The notes under the pieces: generated by a model
What the model saw: only the letters and a program-made list of their open reading frames with translations
Database searches by the model: none
What the model was told of the DNA's origin: nothing
Program-made: the position numbers and the translations under genes
Shown here: positions 14,521 to 28,282 of the stretch, piece after piece
Numbering within the stretch: position 1 is the stretch's first letter
Layout: each line of letters starts with the position of its first letter
NCBI GenBank assembly: GCA_964016885.1
Contig: OZ024760.1
Coordinates: 34,348,001 to 34,412,000 of the forward strand
Source: Eledone cirrhosa
Lineage: Eukaryota
Length of the DNA stretch: 64,000 nt
Reading direction: 5' to 3'

Positions 14521-14554
<34 letters not shown>

Positions 14555-14612
14555 TGTATATATATGTATATATATATATGTATATATATATATGTATATA
14601 TATATATATGTG

Positions 14613-14645
<33 letters not shown>

Positions 14646-14676
14646 GTATATATGTATATATATGCATATATATATG

Positions 14677-14747
<71 letters not shown>

Positions 14748-14748
14748 G

Positions 14749-14779
<31 letters not shown>

Positions 14780-15404
14780 GTATATATGTATATATATATG
14801 TATATATGTATATATATGTATATATATATATGTATATGTATGTATATATGTATATATATATATGTATATGTATGTATATATGTATATATATATATATGTA
14901 TATATGTATATGTATGTATATGGATGTATATGGATGTATATGTATGTATATATATGTATATGGATGTATATGTATGTATATGTATGTATATATATGTATA
15001 TATATATATATATATATTTATATATGTATATATATATGTATATATATATGTATATGTATATATGTATATGTATATATGTATATATATATATTTATATGTA
15101 TATACGTATATGTATATATGTATATATATATATGTATATATATATATCTATATATATATATGTATATATGTATATATATATATGTATATATATATGTATA
15201 TATATATGTATTTGTATGTATATGTATATATATATGTAATTTATATGTATATATATATGTATGTATATGTATAAATATATGTATGTATATGTATATATAT
15301 ATGTATATATATGTATGTATATGTATGTATATGTATATATATGTATGTATATGTATATATATGTATGTATATATATATATATATATGTATATGTATATAT
15401 ATGT

Positions 15405-15435
<31 letters not shown>

Positions 15436-15466
15436 TATGTATATATATGTATATGTATGTATATAT
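13384..15466. repeat. TG-interrupted (TA)n array
   Basis: Direct reading. Confidence 0.97.
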
Positions 15467-15522
15467 AGTCCAGAATTAGCCGTTGAAACGGCTTCAGCTC
15501 AGCCGTCGGGGCCCTAGTCGTT

Positions 15523-15575
<53 letters not shown>

Positions 15576-15638
15576 ATATGTATATGTATATATATATATG
15601 TATATGTATGTGTATATGTATATATGTATGTGTATATG

Positions 15639-15669
<31 letters not shown>

Positions 15670-15728
15670 GTATATGTATATATATATATGTATGTGTATA
15701 TGTATATATATATATGTATGTGTATATG

Positions 15729-15775
<47 letters not shown>

Positions 15776-16029
15776 GTATATGTATATATATATGTATATA
15801 TGTATGTATATGTATATATATATGTATATATGTATGTGTATATATATATATATGTATATATGTATGTGTATATATGTATGTGTATATATATATATGTATA
15901 TGTATATGTATATGTGTATATATATGTGTATATGTATATGTATATATATATAGCGGCGATGAATTAGTTTTGCGAGGTTTTTTATATGAAATCGTGTGTC
16001 GAAACAGATATTGTTATATTTGGGGAGGG

Positions 16030-16087
<58 letters not shown>

Positions 16088-16090
<3 letters not shown>

Positions 16091-16186
16091 GACAGGACCT
16101 GGGGGTAGCGATGGGGGACAGGGGATCCTGGGGCATGGGAGTGAGATCCATCGTCTCGACAGTAGTCGACGAGTGATGATGATGAT
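16088..16186 (+). mobile_element. ~100-bp RTE-type 3' end, copy 2
   Basis: GCAGACAGGACCTGGGGG...GTCGACGAGTGATGATGATGAT. Confidence 0.8.
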
Positions 16187-16279
16187 ATATGTATATATAT
16201 ATATGTATGTATATATATATATATGTATGTATATATATATATGTGTATATATATATATGTGTATATATATATATACGTG

Positions 16280-16312
<33 letters not shown>

Positions 16313-16331
16313 GTGTATATATATATATGTG

Positions 16332-16364
<33 letters not shown>

Positions 16365-16370
16365 TTATAT

Positions 16371-16418
16371 ATGATGATTTCTAAAGAATGAAACAGTTCT
16401 AGTCCTGTAGAATCTCAT
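16371..16418 (+). ncRNA. Degenerate hammerhead relic (stem II collapsed, core G>A)
   Basis: GATTT-CTAAAGA-AT-GAAA-CAG ttctagtc CTG-TA-GAATC. Stems I and III pair. Confidence 0.45.
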
Positions 16419-16498
16419 CTATATTAAAACTTTTATACTCTGCTATGTATTGAGTACCTTACTTACTGTGGTTACCTCCGATTCAACCCGGAATAACG

Positions 16499-16531
<33 letters not shown>

Positions 16532-16550
16532 GTATATATATGTATGTATG

Positions 16551-16583
<33 letters not shown>

Positions 16584-16598
16584 GTATATGTATGTATG

Positions 16599-16629
<31 letters not shown>

Positions 16630-16841
16630 GTATATGTATGTGTATATATATGTATATGTATGTATATATATATGTATATGTATGTATATATATATATATA
16701 TATGTATATGTATGTATATATATATGTATATGTATGTATATATATATGTATATGTATGTATATATATATGTATATGTATATATATATGTGTATGTATATA
16801 TATAAGTATATGTATGTATATATATATGTATATATATCTAT

Positions 16842-17449
16842 GTCAGGTCACCAGTTGGTGCTACTGGTAACATGTATCCCAGTACAACCTGTCTCATGGT
16901 CGGGTCGTTGGCGACTAAACTGGCAACCCCACCAAGGTTTCTTGGTGAGGAGGGTGACTTTGGACATCCTGCAGGACTAAAAACAAAACCTGTCAAAGGG
17001 CAAAGGAGCTCTTAAGAGTCAATGGCCATCCAAAATCACCGGGAGAGATGACCCCTTTAGCCTTAGTCAAGGCAGAATTCTAGGAGAAGGAAAACTCTGA
17101 TATAACACCTGCAACCCTGATGGTATCCAATGATGTTGACTTGTTCTTCTTTTTGGTAAATAGCATCTTGGTTAAGAGAGTGGGACTGGCTTTGTGCAGT
17201 GCCTTTGCTCACTATAAAAGCTTCATGGCACAGGCATTGCTTTATATCTGGAGATCTCTCTGCACTTGTCACATGGTACCATGGGCCCAGCACTATGTGT
17301 CAATAATTGTCACAAGTGTAGTGTTTGTACCAGAGTTTTCAAGTCGCTGGCTGGACTCAAAAGTCACACTCGTTCAGCGCATCGGTAGGGGTTCTCCTAC
17401 ATGGATATAAAGTAGTGGCCGTACTCGAAAACGAGTTGGCAGCCACCAT
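16842..17449 (+). mobile_element. ~610-bp non-autonomous RTE derivative, full copy
   Basis: Colinear and nearly identical to 12774-13383. Confidence 0.85.
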
Positions 17450-18156
17450 ATATATGTATATGTATGTATATATGTATATGTATATATATGTATAGTATAT
17501 ATATGTATATATATATATATGTATATGTATATTATATGTATATGTATATATATGTATATGTATATATATATATATGTATATGTATATATATGTATATATA
17601 TATGTATATGTATATGTTTATATATGTATATATATGTATGTATATGTATATGTATATATATGTATGTATATATATATATATGTTTTTGTATATATGTATA
17701 TATATATATGTATATGTATATATATGTATATATATATATACATGTTGTATATATGTATATATATATATGTATATGTATATATGTGTATATATGTATATGT
17801 ATATATGTGTATATGTATATATGTGTATATGTATATATGTATATGTATATATATATATGTGTATGTGTATATATATGTATGTATGTATATATATGTATAT
17901 ATATGTATATGTATGTATATATATGTATATGTGTATATGTATATATGTATATGTATATATATATATGTATATATATATGTGTATATATGTGTGTATATAT
18001 ATATGTGTGTATATATATATATGTATATATATGTATATATATATGTATGTATATGTATATATGTATATATATATATGTATGTATGTATATATATGTATGT
18101 ATGTATGTATATATATGTATATATTTATATAATATATGTATGTATGTATGTATATG

Positions 18157-18188
<32 letters not shown>

Positions 18189-18211
18189 TGTATGTATGTA
18201 TATGTATGTAT

Positions 18212-18242
<31 letters not shown>

Positions 18243-18529
18243 TATATATGTATATATATATGTATATATATATATATGTATATATAATATATATATATAT
18301 GTATATATGCATGTATGTGTATATATGTATGTATATACATATATATATATATGTATATACATATATATATATATGCAAATATATATATATGTATATACAT
18401 ATATATATATGTAAATATATATATATGTAGATATATGTATATATGTATGTATATACATATATATATATGTATATACATATATACATATATGTAAATATAT
18501 ATATATGTAGATATATATATATATGAATG

Positions 18530-18560
<31 letters not shown>

Positions 18561-18730
18561 GTATATATGTATATACATATATATATATATATACATAATA
18601 TATATATACATATATATATATATGTATATACATATATATATATAGGTATATACATATATATATATGTATACATATATATATGTGTATATATATATGTATG
18701 TATATATATATATATATGTATATATGTATT

Positions 18731-18761
<31 letters not shown>

Positions 18762-18762
18762 T

Positions 18763-18793
<31 letters not shown>

Positions 18794-18808
18794 GTATATA
18801 TATATATT

Positions 18809-18841
<33 letters not shown>

Positions 18842-19303
18842 GTATATATATATATTTATATATATATATACATGTATATATATATATGTATATATATATA
18901 TATTTGTATATATATATATGTATATATATATATATTTGTATATATATATATGTATATATATATATGTATATATATATATTTGTATATATATATATATGTA
19001 TATATATATATTTATATATATATATACATGTATATATATATATTTATATATATATATATTTATATATTTATATGTATATATGTATATATATATATGTATA
19101 TATATATATTTATATATATATATATTTATATATTTATATGTATATATATATATATATGTATTTATATATATATATGTATATATATATATATAAGTATTTA
19201 TATATATTTATATATATATATATATATATATTATATATGTATATATATATATATATATGTATTTATATATATATATATATATATATGTGTATTTATATAT
19301 ATT

Positions 19304-19356
<53 letters not shown>

Positions 19357-19371
19357 GTATATATATATATT

Positions 19372-19402
<31 letters not shown>

Positions 19403-19569
19403 GTATGTATATATATATATATGTATATGTATATGCATGTATATATATATATTTATATATATATATATATGTATATATATATTTATGTATATATATATAT
19501 CTATGTATATATATATGTATTTATGTATATATATATATCTATGTATATATATATGTATATATGTATATG
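17450..19569. repeat. (TA)n array with TG, CA and TT interrupted sub-blocks
   Basis: Direct reading. CA-rich at ~18340-18670; TT-rich at ~18720-19500. Confidence 0.95.
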
Positions 19570-19919
19570 CATCATCATCATCATCATCATTTCATTTTAC
19601 GTCCGCTTTTTCCCTGCTTGCAAGGGTGGGACAGGAACTGATTCTGGCTTGATTTCTACAGCTGGATGCCCTTCCTAACACCAACCTCATTTACAGTGAG
19701 TGCTGGGTGCTTTTTGGCCGTGGCACCTCCACGACCACTTTGTAGTGGAATGATAGGGACCCCAGTCCTTATCATCTCATTTCTACAGCTGAGTAAACTG
19801 GAGCAATGTGAAATAAAGTGTCTTGCTCAAGGAAACAACACATCACCTGGTCTGAGAATTGAACTCACAACCTTTCGATTGCAAGGCCAATGCTCTAACC
19901 ACTAAGCCATGTGCCTCCA
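19570..19919 (-). mobile_element. tRNA-derived SINE head plus central domain joined to an RTE-type 3' module and (GAT)n tail
   Basis: Minus strand: TGGCTTAGTGG (A box), GAGTTCAATTC (B box), CCTTGAGCAAGACACTTTATTTCAC (CORE-like), then GGAAGGGCATCCAGCTGTAGAAA and tail CCCACCCTTGCAAGCAGGGAAAAAGCGGACGTAAAATG. Confidence 0.78.
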
Positions 19920-20346
19920 TTATATATGTATATGTGTATATATGTATATATGTATGTGTATATATGTATATATGTATATGTATGTGTGTATATGTACATA
20001 TATGTATATATGTATATGTATATATGTATATGTATATATGTATATGTATATATATGTATATATGTATATGTATATATATATGTATATATGTATATATATA
20101 TGTATATATATATGTATATATATATGTATATATATATATATGTATATATGTATATATATATGTATATATATATGTATATATATATATATATGTATATATA
20201 TGTTTATATGTATATATATATGTATGTATATATATATGTATGTATATATATGTACATGTGTATATATGTATATATATATATGTATGTATATATGTATATA
20301 TATATATATGTATATATATATGTATATATATATGTATATATATATG

Positions 20347-20382
<36 letters not shown>

Positions 20383-20424
20383 TGTATATGTATATATATA
20401 TGTATATATATATATATGTATATG

Positions 20425-20479
<55 letters not shown>

Positions 20480-20664
20480 GTATGTATATATGTATATATA
20501 TATATGTATATATATATGTGTATATGTGTATGTATATATGTATATATATATGTATATATATATATGTATATGTGTATGTATATATGTATATATATATATA
20601 TGTATATGTGTATGTATATATGTATATATATATGTATATATATATATATGTATATATATATATG

Positions 20665-20695
<31 letters not shown>

Positions 20696-21056
20696 GCATA
20701 TATATATGTGTGTGTATGTATGTATATGTATATGTATATATATATGTATATGTGTATGTATGTATATGTATATATATATATGTATATATATATGTGTATG
20801 TATGTATATGTATATATATATATGTATATATGTATATGTATATATATGTATATGTATATATGTATTTATATATATGTATATGTATATATATATGTATATA
20901 TATATATGTATATGTATATATGTATATACATATGTATATATATATGTATATATATGTATATATATTTGTATATATATATATGTATATGTATATATGTATA
21001 TACATATGTATATATATATGTATATATATGTATATATATATGTATATATATATATG
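19920..21056. repeat. TG-interrupted (TA)n array
   Basis: Direct reading. Confidence 0.97.
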
Positions 21057-21640
21057 TCATCATCATCATCATCACCGTTTTACGTCCGTTCTTCCACGCT
21101 AGCATGGGTTAGACGGGTTGTCCTGTTGTGGGCAGTGTCTGGTCGGCTGACCATGCCTTGCTCATACAGGAACTGATCTGGCTTGATTTCTACAGCTGGA
21201 TGCCCTTCCTAACACCAACCTCATTTACAGTGAGTGCTGGGTGCTTTTTCGTGGCGCCTACACGTCCACTTTACAGTGTGGGCTGGGTGCTTTTTTGCCG
21301 TGGCACCTCCACGACCACCTTGCGGTGGGGGGGGGGGGGGCATATTGTTTATATGCTTCAGCATGTACCCATGGGAGGTCGGGTACCCTGTATTACTGCG
21401 TGACGCCAGAAGTCACGGTCGTGTGTCATTGACTTTGAGAGGTGTAGTTGGGTAAGGTCGGCTTTTATCACCTCATCCCAAGTCATCTTGGGTCTCCCCA
21501 CTCCGCGGTTTCCATCAACTTCTAGTGCTCTGCACCTTTTTATGCAGCTGTCATCCTTCATACGCATCACATGTCCATACCAGCGTAACCGCCTCTCCTG
21601 CACGCAGCATTTGATTCCTCTTATGCTCAGTCTCTCTCTC
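21057..21640 (-). mobile_element. 5'-truncated RTE LINE (ORF C-terminus, 3'UTR, (GAT)n tail)
   Basis: [43 protein letters not shown] is similar to 7899-8278. Confidence 0.88.
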
Positions 21641-21941
21641 ATGTATATGTATATATATATGTATATATGTATATATATATGTATATATATATATATGTAT
21701 ATATGTATATATATATGTATATATATATGTATATATATATGTATATGTATATATATGTTTATATGTATATATATATGTATGTATATATATATGTATGTAT
21801 ATATATGTACATGTGTATATATATATATGTATATATATACATATATATATATGTATATATATATATGTATATATATGTATATATATATATGTATATGTAT
21901 ATATATGTATATATATATATGTATATATATGTATATATATA

Positions 21942-22139
21942 TTGGGTTCACAATCGTGAGGTTATGAGTTCGATTCCCGGATCGGGTGATGCGTTATGTC
22001 CTTGAGCAAGACACTTTATTTCACAGTGCTCCTTCTACCTGGAGTTGCGACCGATAGATAGTATCAGCAATTGGAAAGACCAATGGAAACATTGTTTCCT
22101 TGGTCCGATTTGACGAAAGTCGATCGAAAAAAAAAAAAT
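21942..22139 (+). mobile_element. 5'-truncated tRNA-derived CORE-like SINE with poly(A) tail
   Basis: B box GAGTTCGATTCC. CCTTGAGCAAGACACTTTATTTCAC is shared with ~19805-19835 (minus). Two terminal hairpins precede an A-run. Confidence 0.75.
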
Positions 22140-22206
22140 ATATATGTATATGTATATATATGTATATGTATATATATGTATATGTATATATATGTATATA
22201 TATATG

Positions 22207-22253
<47 letters not shown>

Positions 22254-22568
22254 ATATATGTATATGTATATATGTATATATATGTATATGTATATATGTA
22301 TATATATGTATATGTATATATGTATGTATATGTATATATATATATATGTATATGTATATATATATATATGTGTATATGTATATGTATATATATATATGTG
22401 TATATATATATGTATATGTGTATATATATATGTATATATGTATATGTGTATATATATATGTATATATGTATATGTGTATATATATATGTATATATGTATA
22501 TGTTTATATATATGTATATGTGTATGTGTATATATGTATATGTTTATATATATGTATATGTGTATATA

Positions 22569-22599
<31 letters not shown>

Positions 22600-23038
22600 G
22601 TATATGTATATATATATATGTGTATATATATATGTATATGTGTATATATATATGTATATATGTATATGTGTATATATATATGTATATATGTATATGTTTA
22701 TATATATGTATATGTGTATATATGTATATGTTTATATATATGTATATGTGTATATATGTATGTGTATATATGTATATGTATATATATATATGTATATATA
22801 TATATGTATATGTATATGTTTATGTATATATATGTATATATATGTATATATATATATGTTTATGTATATATATGTATATATATGTATATATATATATATG
22901 TGTATATATATATATGTATATATATAAATGTATATGTGTATGTATGTATATATGTGTATGTATGTATATATGTGTATGTATATGTATATATATGTGTATA
23001 TGTATATATATATGTATATATATATGTGTATATATATA
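22140..23038. repeat. TG-interrupted (TA)n array with internal block duplication
   Basis: Direct reading. ~22390-22480 recurs at ~22620-22700. Confidence 0.95.
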
Positions 23039-23250
23039 CCAAAAATAGGACAAAATACATAACGACCAAAAGTTCATCAAGCGAACACCAACAGGAATAT
23101 AAAACCTGAACAGAGAAAAATTCATTTTTTAACGTCAGGACAACAAAAACCGGAAAAAGAAAAACTCCAGGAGGAAACATACCCAAAACAGCTGTACGCG
23201 TAGATCCTAAAATAATTAATTCATCTAAAAGAGATCTTCACAATGATGAA

Positions 23251-25436
23251 ATGCAAATTCTGTCAAAAGGACTGAAATTCACACCGACTCCAACAGTCAA
23301 CCACCAAGAACTGAAGGAGGATATCCAAGAATTCTGTCGAAAATTACGTCTTGTAGAATTCTTCGCTGATAAAAATAATGAGAGTGATGAATCACTAGTA
23401 AAGAATAAATCAAATTTCACTCCGCCAAAAGGAAGAAATATCTATCTCGACCAATACATTGACATCCTGTCTAAATTTCCTCTTAGACATAATACTAATG
23501 TTAGGCCAAACATTAACAAATCAGAAATGTCTGCACTTAAACGTATACAAAATGATAAAACAATAATAATTAAACAAGCAGATAAAGGGGGTGCAGTTGT
23601 TATAATGGATACTGAATACTACAAGGATTTGGTTGAGGAACAACTGAAAGACACAACATTCTATCATGAAATACCGTCAAATATAGACCACAACATCATG
23701 AAGAAGATCAACAACCTGGCTTCAAAATCCACAACTCATTTACTGATAAGGAAAGAGACTACATCACCAATTTTGAGCCAAAACCCAGCAACCTGTATGG
23801 CCTACCGAAAGTTCACAAGTCAAAAGAAATACAACCGGCAGTAAGAGAACAAAACAGTGAGTACATTAAATTATTACACCCAAAAGACTTAAAACTTAGA
23901 CCTATTATAGCTGGTCCAACATGCCCCACTCACCGTCTAAGCAATTTTGTTGACATTATTTTGAAACCACTATGTATTCACATACCCAGTTTCATCCGGG
24001 ATGATATCGACTTCCTGTCCCATCTTCCCAAAACCACGGAAACGAATTCACTTCTACTCAGTTTTGATGTGGTAAGCCTTTACACCAACATTACACATGA
24101 TTTAGGAATAAAGGCGGTTAAATACTGGGTGGAAAAACATAGAGAAGTGATTCCCATTAGATTCACAGCGCCATTTATATTAGACGCAGTTAAACTTATT
24201 CTGGAAAACAACACTTTCTTCTTCAATGGAAAGAATTATATCCAAATTAGAGGCACAGCGATGGGAACGAAGTTTGCTCCCGTTTACGCGAACTCTGTAA
24301 TGGGATACTTAGAACAACAACTCTACCAAGAAATAGAGGAAAAATATAGTACTGACTTTAGAAAGTACATTGAAAAATCTTGGAAGAGATACCTTGACGA
24401 CTGTTTCATCATCTGGTCAGAATCTCTAGATACTCTGGATGAGTTCAATATCCTCCTGAATAACCTACACCCATCTCTCCAATTCACAAAAGAGATGAGT
24501 AGGACCAAATTACCATTCCTAGATATAATGATAATCAAAAACGACACCACCATTACTACGGATATATATTATAAACACACAGACACCCATCAATATCTGA
24601 ATTTTAAGTCGTGCCATCCACCTCATACAAAACGCAACATCCCATACTGCCTAGCCAGAAGAATTTGTACCATTGTAGAAGATACGAATACCAGGTACAA
24701 ACGCCTAACAGAACTAAGAGAATTTTTGCTCAAACAAAAATACCCATCTCTACTTATAGAAAATGGCATACAGCGGGCTATAAAAATACCTATACAACAA
24801 CTTAGAACAACCCAAGGAAGAAGAAACCAAGAACTGGTCATACCATTTATAATGACACACAACCCATGTCACCAGAATATCTTCAACACTGCCAAAGCAA
24901 ACCTACCGATCATTGCTCAAAGTAATGAATTAAAAGGCTTAATCACAGATCGATCTTTGACTCTTAGTAAAAGACAGCCAAAAAATTTGAAGCAATTGCT
25001 AACAAAAGCAAAGTTTGACCTTAACAACAAAGACCAATCATTCACTGTATCTAAATGCAATGATAATCGATGCGGTACATGTCAATCCATACACGCCGGT
25101 CAATATATGAAAACAAAAACTGGAAAAATATTGCCAAATGCAAATATGAACTGCAAAAGCAGAAATCTAATTTACTGCATTAAATGCCCGAATTGTGAAG
25201 AACTATATGTCGGTCAAACTGGAAATGCACTATCGGAACGTGCACGGGTACACCGTCAACAAATCAGAGACCCAAATGTCCGTCAGATACCCCTAAGCGG
25301 CCACCTGGCAACATGTGGTCAGGGAATATTTATAATATTCCCATTCTACAAATTACACAGCCCAAGTGAAATCAAGAGAAAAATCAAAGAAAAGAATTTT
25401 ATTGATAAATTCAAACCCAAGCTAAATGAACAATAA
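23251..25436 (+). pseudogene. PLE RT-GIY-YIG polyprotein, frameshift near 23730-23750
   Basis: ORFs 23251-23844 and 23961-25436 join through the alternative frame (..FTDKERDYITNF..LYGLPKVHK..LRPIIAG). Confidence 0.88.
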
Positions 25437-25812
25437 TAACGCCTAGGGGTATTACTTCTACTACCACTATGACCACGACCACTAACAACAACAACAACAA
25501 CAATAATAATAATAATAAAAGTGATGTTGATGGTGATGATTAATAGAAAACGCTATTTTCATCATTTCAAAAAAAGCAAAACAATTGATAAGTTGGATAT
25601 GACTATTGGTCGTTAGCATGCTCAACCAGCCGTGACGCTTAAACCAATCAGCTGTAGTAATCCAGTGAAACTACACACTGATTGGTCGAAATACAGTTTA
25701 CAGGGCTTTGCATTCTGGAGCCACTTTTCTCTGTATAAAATGTATAAAAGGTAGGAAATTTACCCATCTCATTACAGTTGAAAATTGCAAACTCGACTGT
25801 CACCACATATCA

Positions 25813-25851
25813 TGAACCTGAAGATTGCGAAAGCATGAAAGTACTTGTTCA
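25813..25851 (+). ncRNA. Minimal type I hammerhead ribozyme
   Basis: TGAAC-CTGAAGA-TTGC GAAA GCAT-GAAA-GTAC-TT-GTTCA. Palindromic stem III as in PLE minimal hammerheads. Confidence 0.8.
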
Positions 25852-26093
25852 ATTAACACTTAGAATTTAATATTCTATCATACTATTTCATTATAATACC
25901 ATTATATATATTTTAAAGGATTGTAAATAAAACGAGTAAATCAGACAAAGTTGGAATTTCTCTTATTAATATAATCTTCTATACACAATCATACACACCC
26001 GTGTATATTTACCTATCTATATCTATATATATATGTGTATATATGTATGTATATGTATGTATGTATATGTATGTATGTATATATATATGTGTA

Positions 26094-26136
<43 letters not shown>

Positions 26137-26155
26137 ATATATATATGTATATATG

Positions 26156-27617
26156 TAACTTTGAATAACTTTGAAATGTTTTGGCCAGTATTGGCCCAGG
26201 CCATGTCTAACTTAATAGCACCACCTGGCGAAGTCTTTCAATTCAGGATTTGGGCACCATGGCCCATTCGAGAAGAGAATTACTGTTTGCGGAGACATAT
26301 CCGGGTGTGGGTGGTTTGTCCGGGATTACTTGGAAGAATTTGTCCAAAGACTTCTTGAATTTTGTGTGGTCAGTTTCTGTTTTGACGTGTCCTGGTGTGA
26401 TGTTGAAGAGAGCAGGGCCGATTGAGGTGAAATAATTGTGCCGTATTGTTGTTATGAGTTGCGATTTAGATTTTTGAATGGGACGGATAGCACGGGGCCC
26501 AAGCCTTGGGTGTATCTTGAAGGCGATGCCAACATCATTTGGGCAGTGATGATGGAACATTTTCCACATCATGCAGATAATATAACGCTCACGGCGACGT
26601 TGGAGTGAGTAAAGTTTCAGGTTTTCTAATCGACCCCAGTAGTCAAGGTCTGACATGCCATCTATCTTTTTCGTGATTGCCCTTTGAGGAGCTTCAAGTT
26701 TCATGATACTTTGTTTCGTGTGGGGAGACCACAGTGGACAACAGTATTCAAGGTGTGGTCGGGCGAAGGTAGAGAAGAGAAGGATAATGGTGCGGGAATC
26801 TCTCGACTGGAAGGTTCTGAGGATCCAGGAACACATTCTGCGGGCCATGTCAACTTTGCTGCTTATATGCGTGGTCCAGCTTATGTTGCTGTCCACGGTT
26901 ACTCCCAAGTCTCTGATGTTGTTAGATGCCACGAGAGTTTCCCCCGGAGGGAAGGAGTACGGGAGTTTCAGAGCATCCTCTTTTCCAAAGTGGATCAGTT
27001 CGAATTTGTCTTCGTTCAGTAACATGTTGTTCTTTTCTGCCCATTGGGTAACAGCCAGTAGGTCTGACTGAAGGCTTATCCGGTCATCCACGCCATTGAT
27101 GACCTTTTGGAGCTTGGAATCATCAGCGAAAATTTTAATGTTGCTGTGTTTGATGATGTCAGTGATGTCATTAATATAGATGATGAAGAGAGTGGGCCCA
27201 ACACAGTGCCTTGTGGACCCCACTACTGACTTTGGCTGGGCTTGATTTGACTCCCTCAACTACAACATGTTGGGTTCTGTTTGACAGGAAGCTCTTGATC
27301 CACTGCAGCAGCTTTCCAGAGACACCAATATTGGACAGCTTTCTCAGTAGAATGTTATGATCAACCCTGTCAAAGGCCTTGCTGAAATCAAGGTAGATAA
27401 CATCAGTGTTGGAACCCTCTCCCAAGGCTCTCAAAATGTCATCAAAGTGATGCAGTAGCTGCGTCAGGCAATCCCTTCCATTACGGAATCCATGCTGGTT
27501 GGAGTTCAGCATATTGTTACTCTCAAGGAAGTGGGTCATTCGCGATCTCACCACTCGCTCAAATACCTTAATGATATGAGAGGTGAGTGAGATTGGACGG
27601 TAATTCACGGCAAGGGA
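26156..27617 (-). mobile_element. 5'-truncated copy of the CR1-group LINE at 40117-44359
   Basis: Protein nearly identical to the 42450 ORF ([14 protein letters not shown]...[12 protein letters not shown]). One frameshift at GVPQG. TTCAAAGTTA tail. Confidence 0.93.
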
Positions 27618-27687
27618 TATGTATATGTATGTATATATATATATGTATATATGTATATGTATATATATGTATGTATATATGTATGTG

Positions 27688-27754
<67 letters not shown>

Positions 27755-27887
27755 GTGTATGTATATATGTATATATATACATGTGTATATATATATATGT
27801 ATATGTATATATGTATATATATATATGTATATATATGTATGTGTATATATGTATGTATGTATATATATGTATATATATGTATGTATG

Positions 27888-27920
<33 letters not shown>

Positions 27921-27982
27921 ATATATGTATATATATATATATAATATATATATGTATGTATGTATATATATGTATGTATATG

Positions 27983-28037
<55 letters not shown>

Positions 28038-28103
28038 GTATGTATATATATGTATATATATATATAATATATATATGTATGTATGTATATATATGTATGT
28101 ATG

Positions 28104-28142
<39 letters not shown>

Positions 28143-28202
28143 GTATATATATGTATGTATGTATATGTATGTATATATATATGTATATATATGTATATAT
28201 AT
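27618..28202. repeat. TG-interrupted (TA)n array
   Basis: Direct reading. Confidence 0.95.
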
Positions 28203-28216
28203 AACTGTTTATATTG

Positions 28217-28282
28217 TATTTTGTCTGATGAAGGCATAGCATATTGTTAATATGATATCCCCGAAATATATATAATGAAATA
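28217..28282 (+). ncRNA. Solo type I hammerhead in ~210-bp island (28203-28415)
   Basis: TATTTTGT-CTGATGA-AGGCATAGCATATT gtt AATATGATATCCCC-GAAA-TATATA-TA-ATGAAATA. 8-bp stem I; palindromic stem III. Confidence 0.72.

Larger units (their letters stand above)
23039..26012 (+). mobile_element. Penelope-like element (RT + GIY-YIG), 5'-truncated, one frameshift
   Basis: LSKGLKFTPTP, KQADKGGAVV, SFDVVSLYTNI, QIRGTAMGT, RYLDD, LPFLD, Cys linker CNDNRCGTC (Neptune-like), NLIYCIKC..LYVGQT. Hammerhead in the 3' region. Confidence 0.94.

Noticed and set aside
15952-16032. Hammerhead-like island (GCGATGA..GAAACAGATATTGTT)
   Set aside because: First box is non-canonical and stems I/II are unconvincing.
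19850-19919. tRNA gene (also 21942-21985 and 29357-29450)
   Set aside because: A/B boxes continue into SINE bodies and no complete cloverleaf forms.
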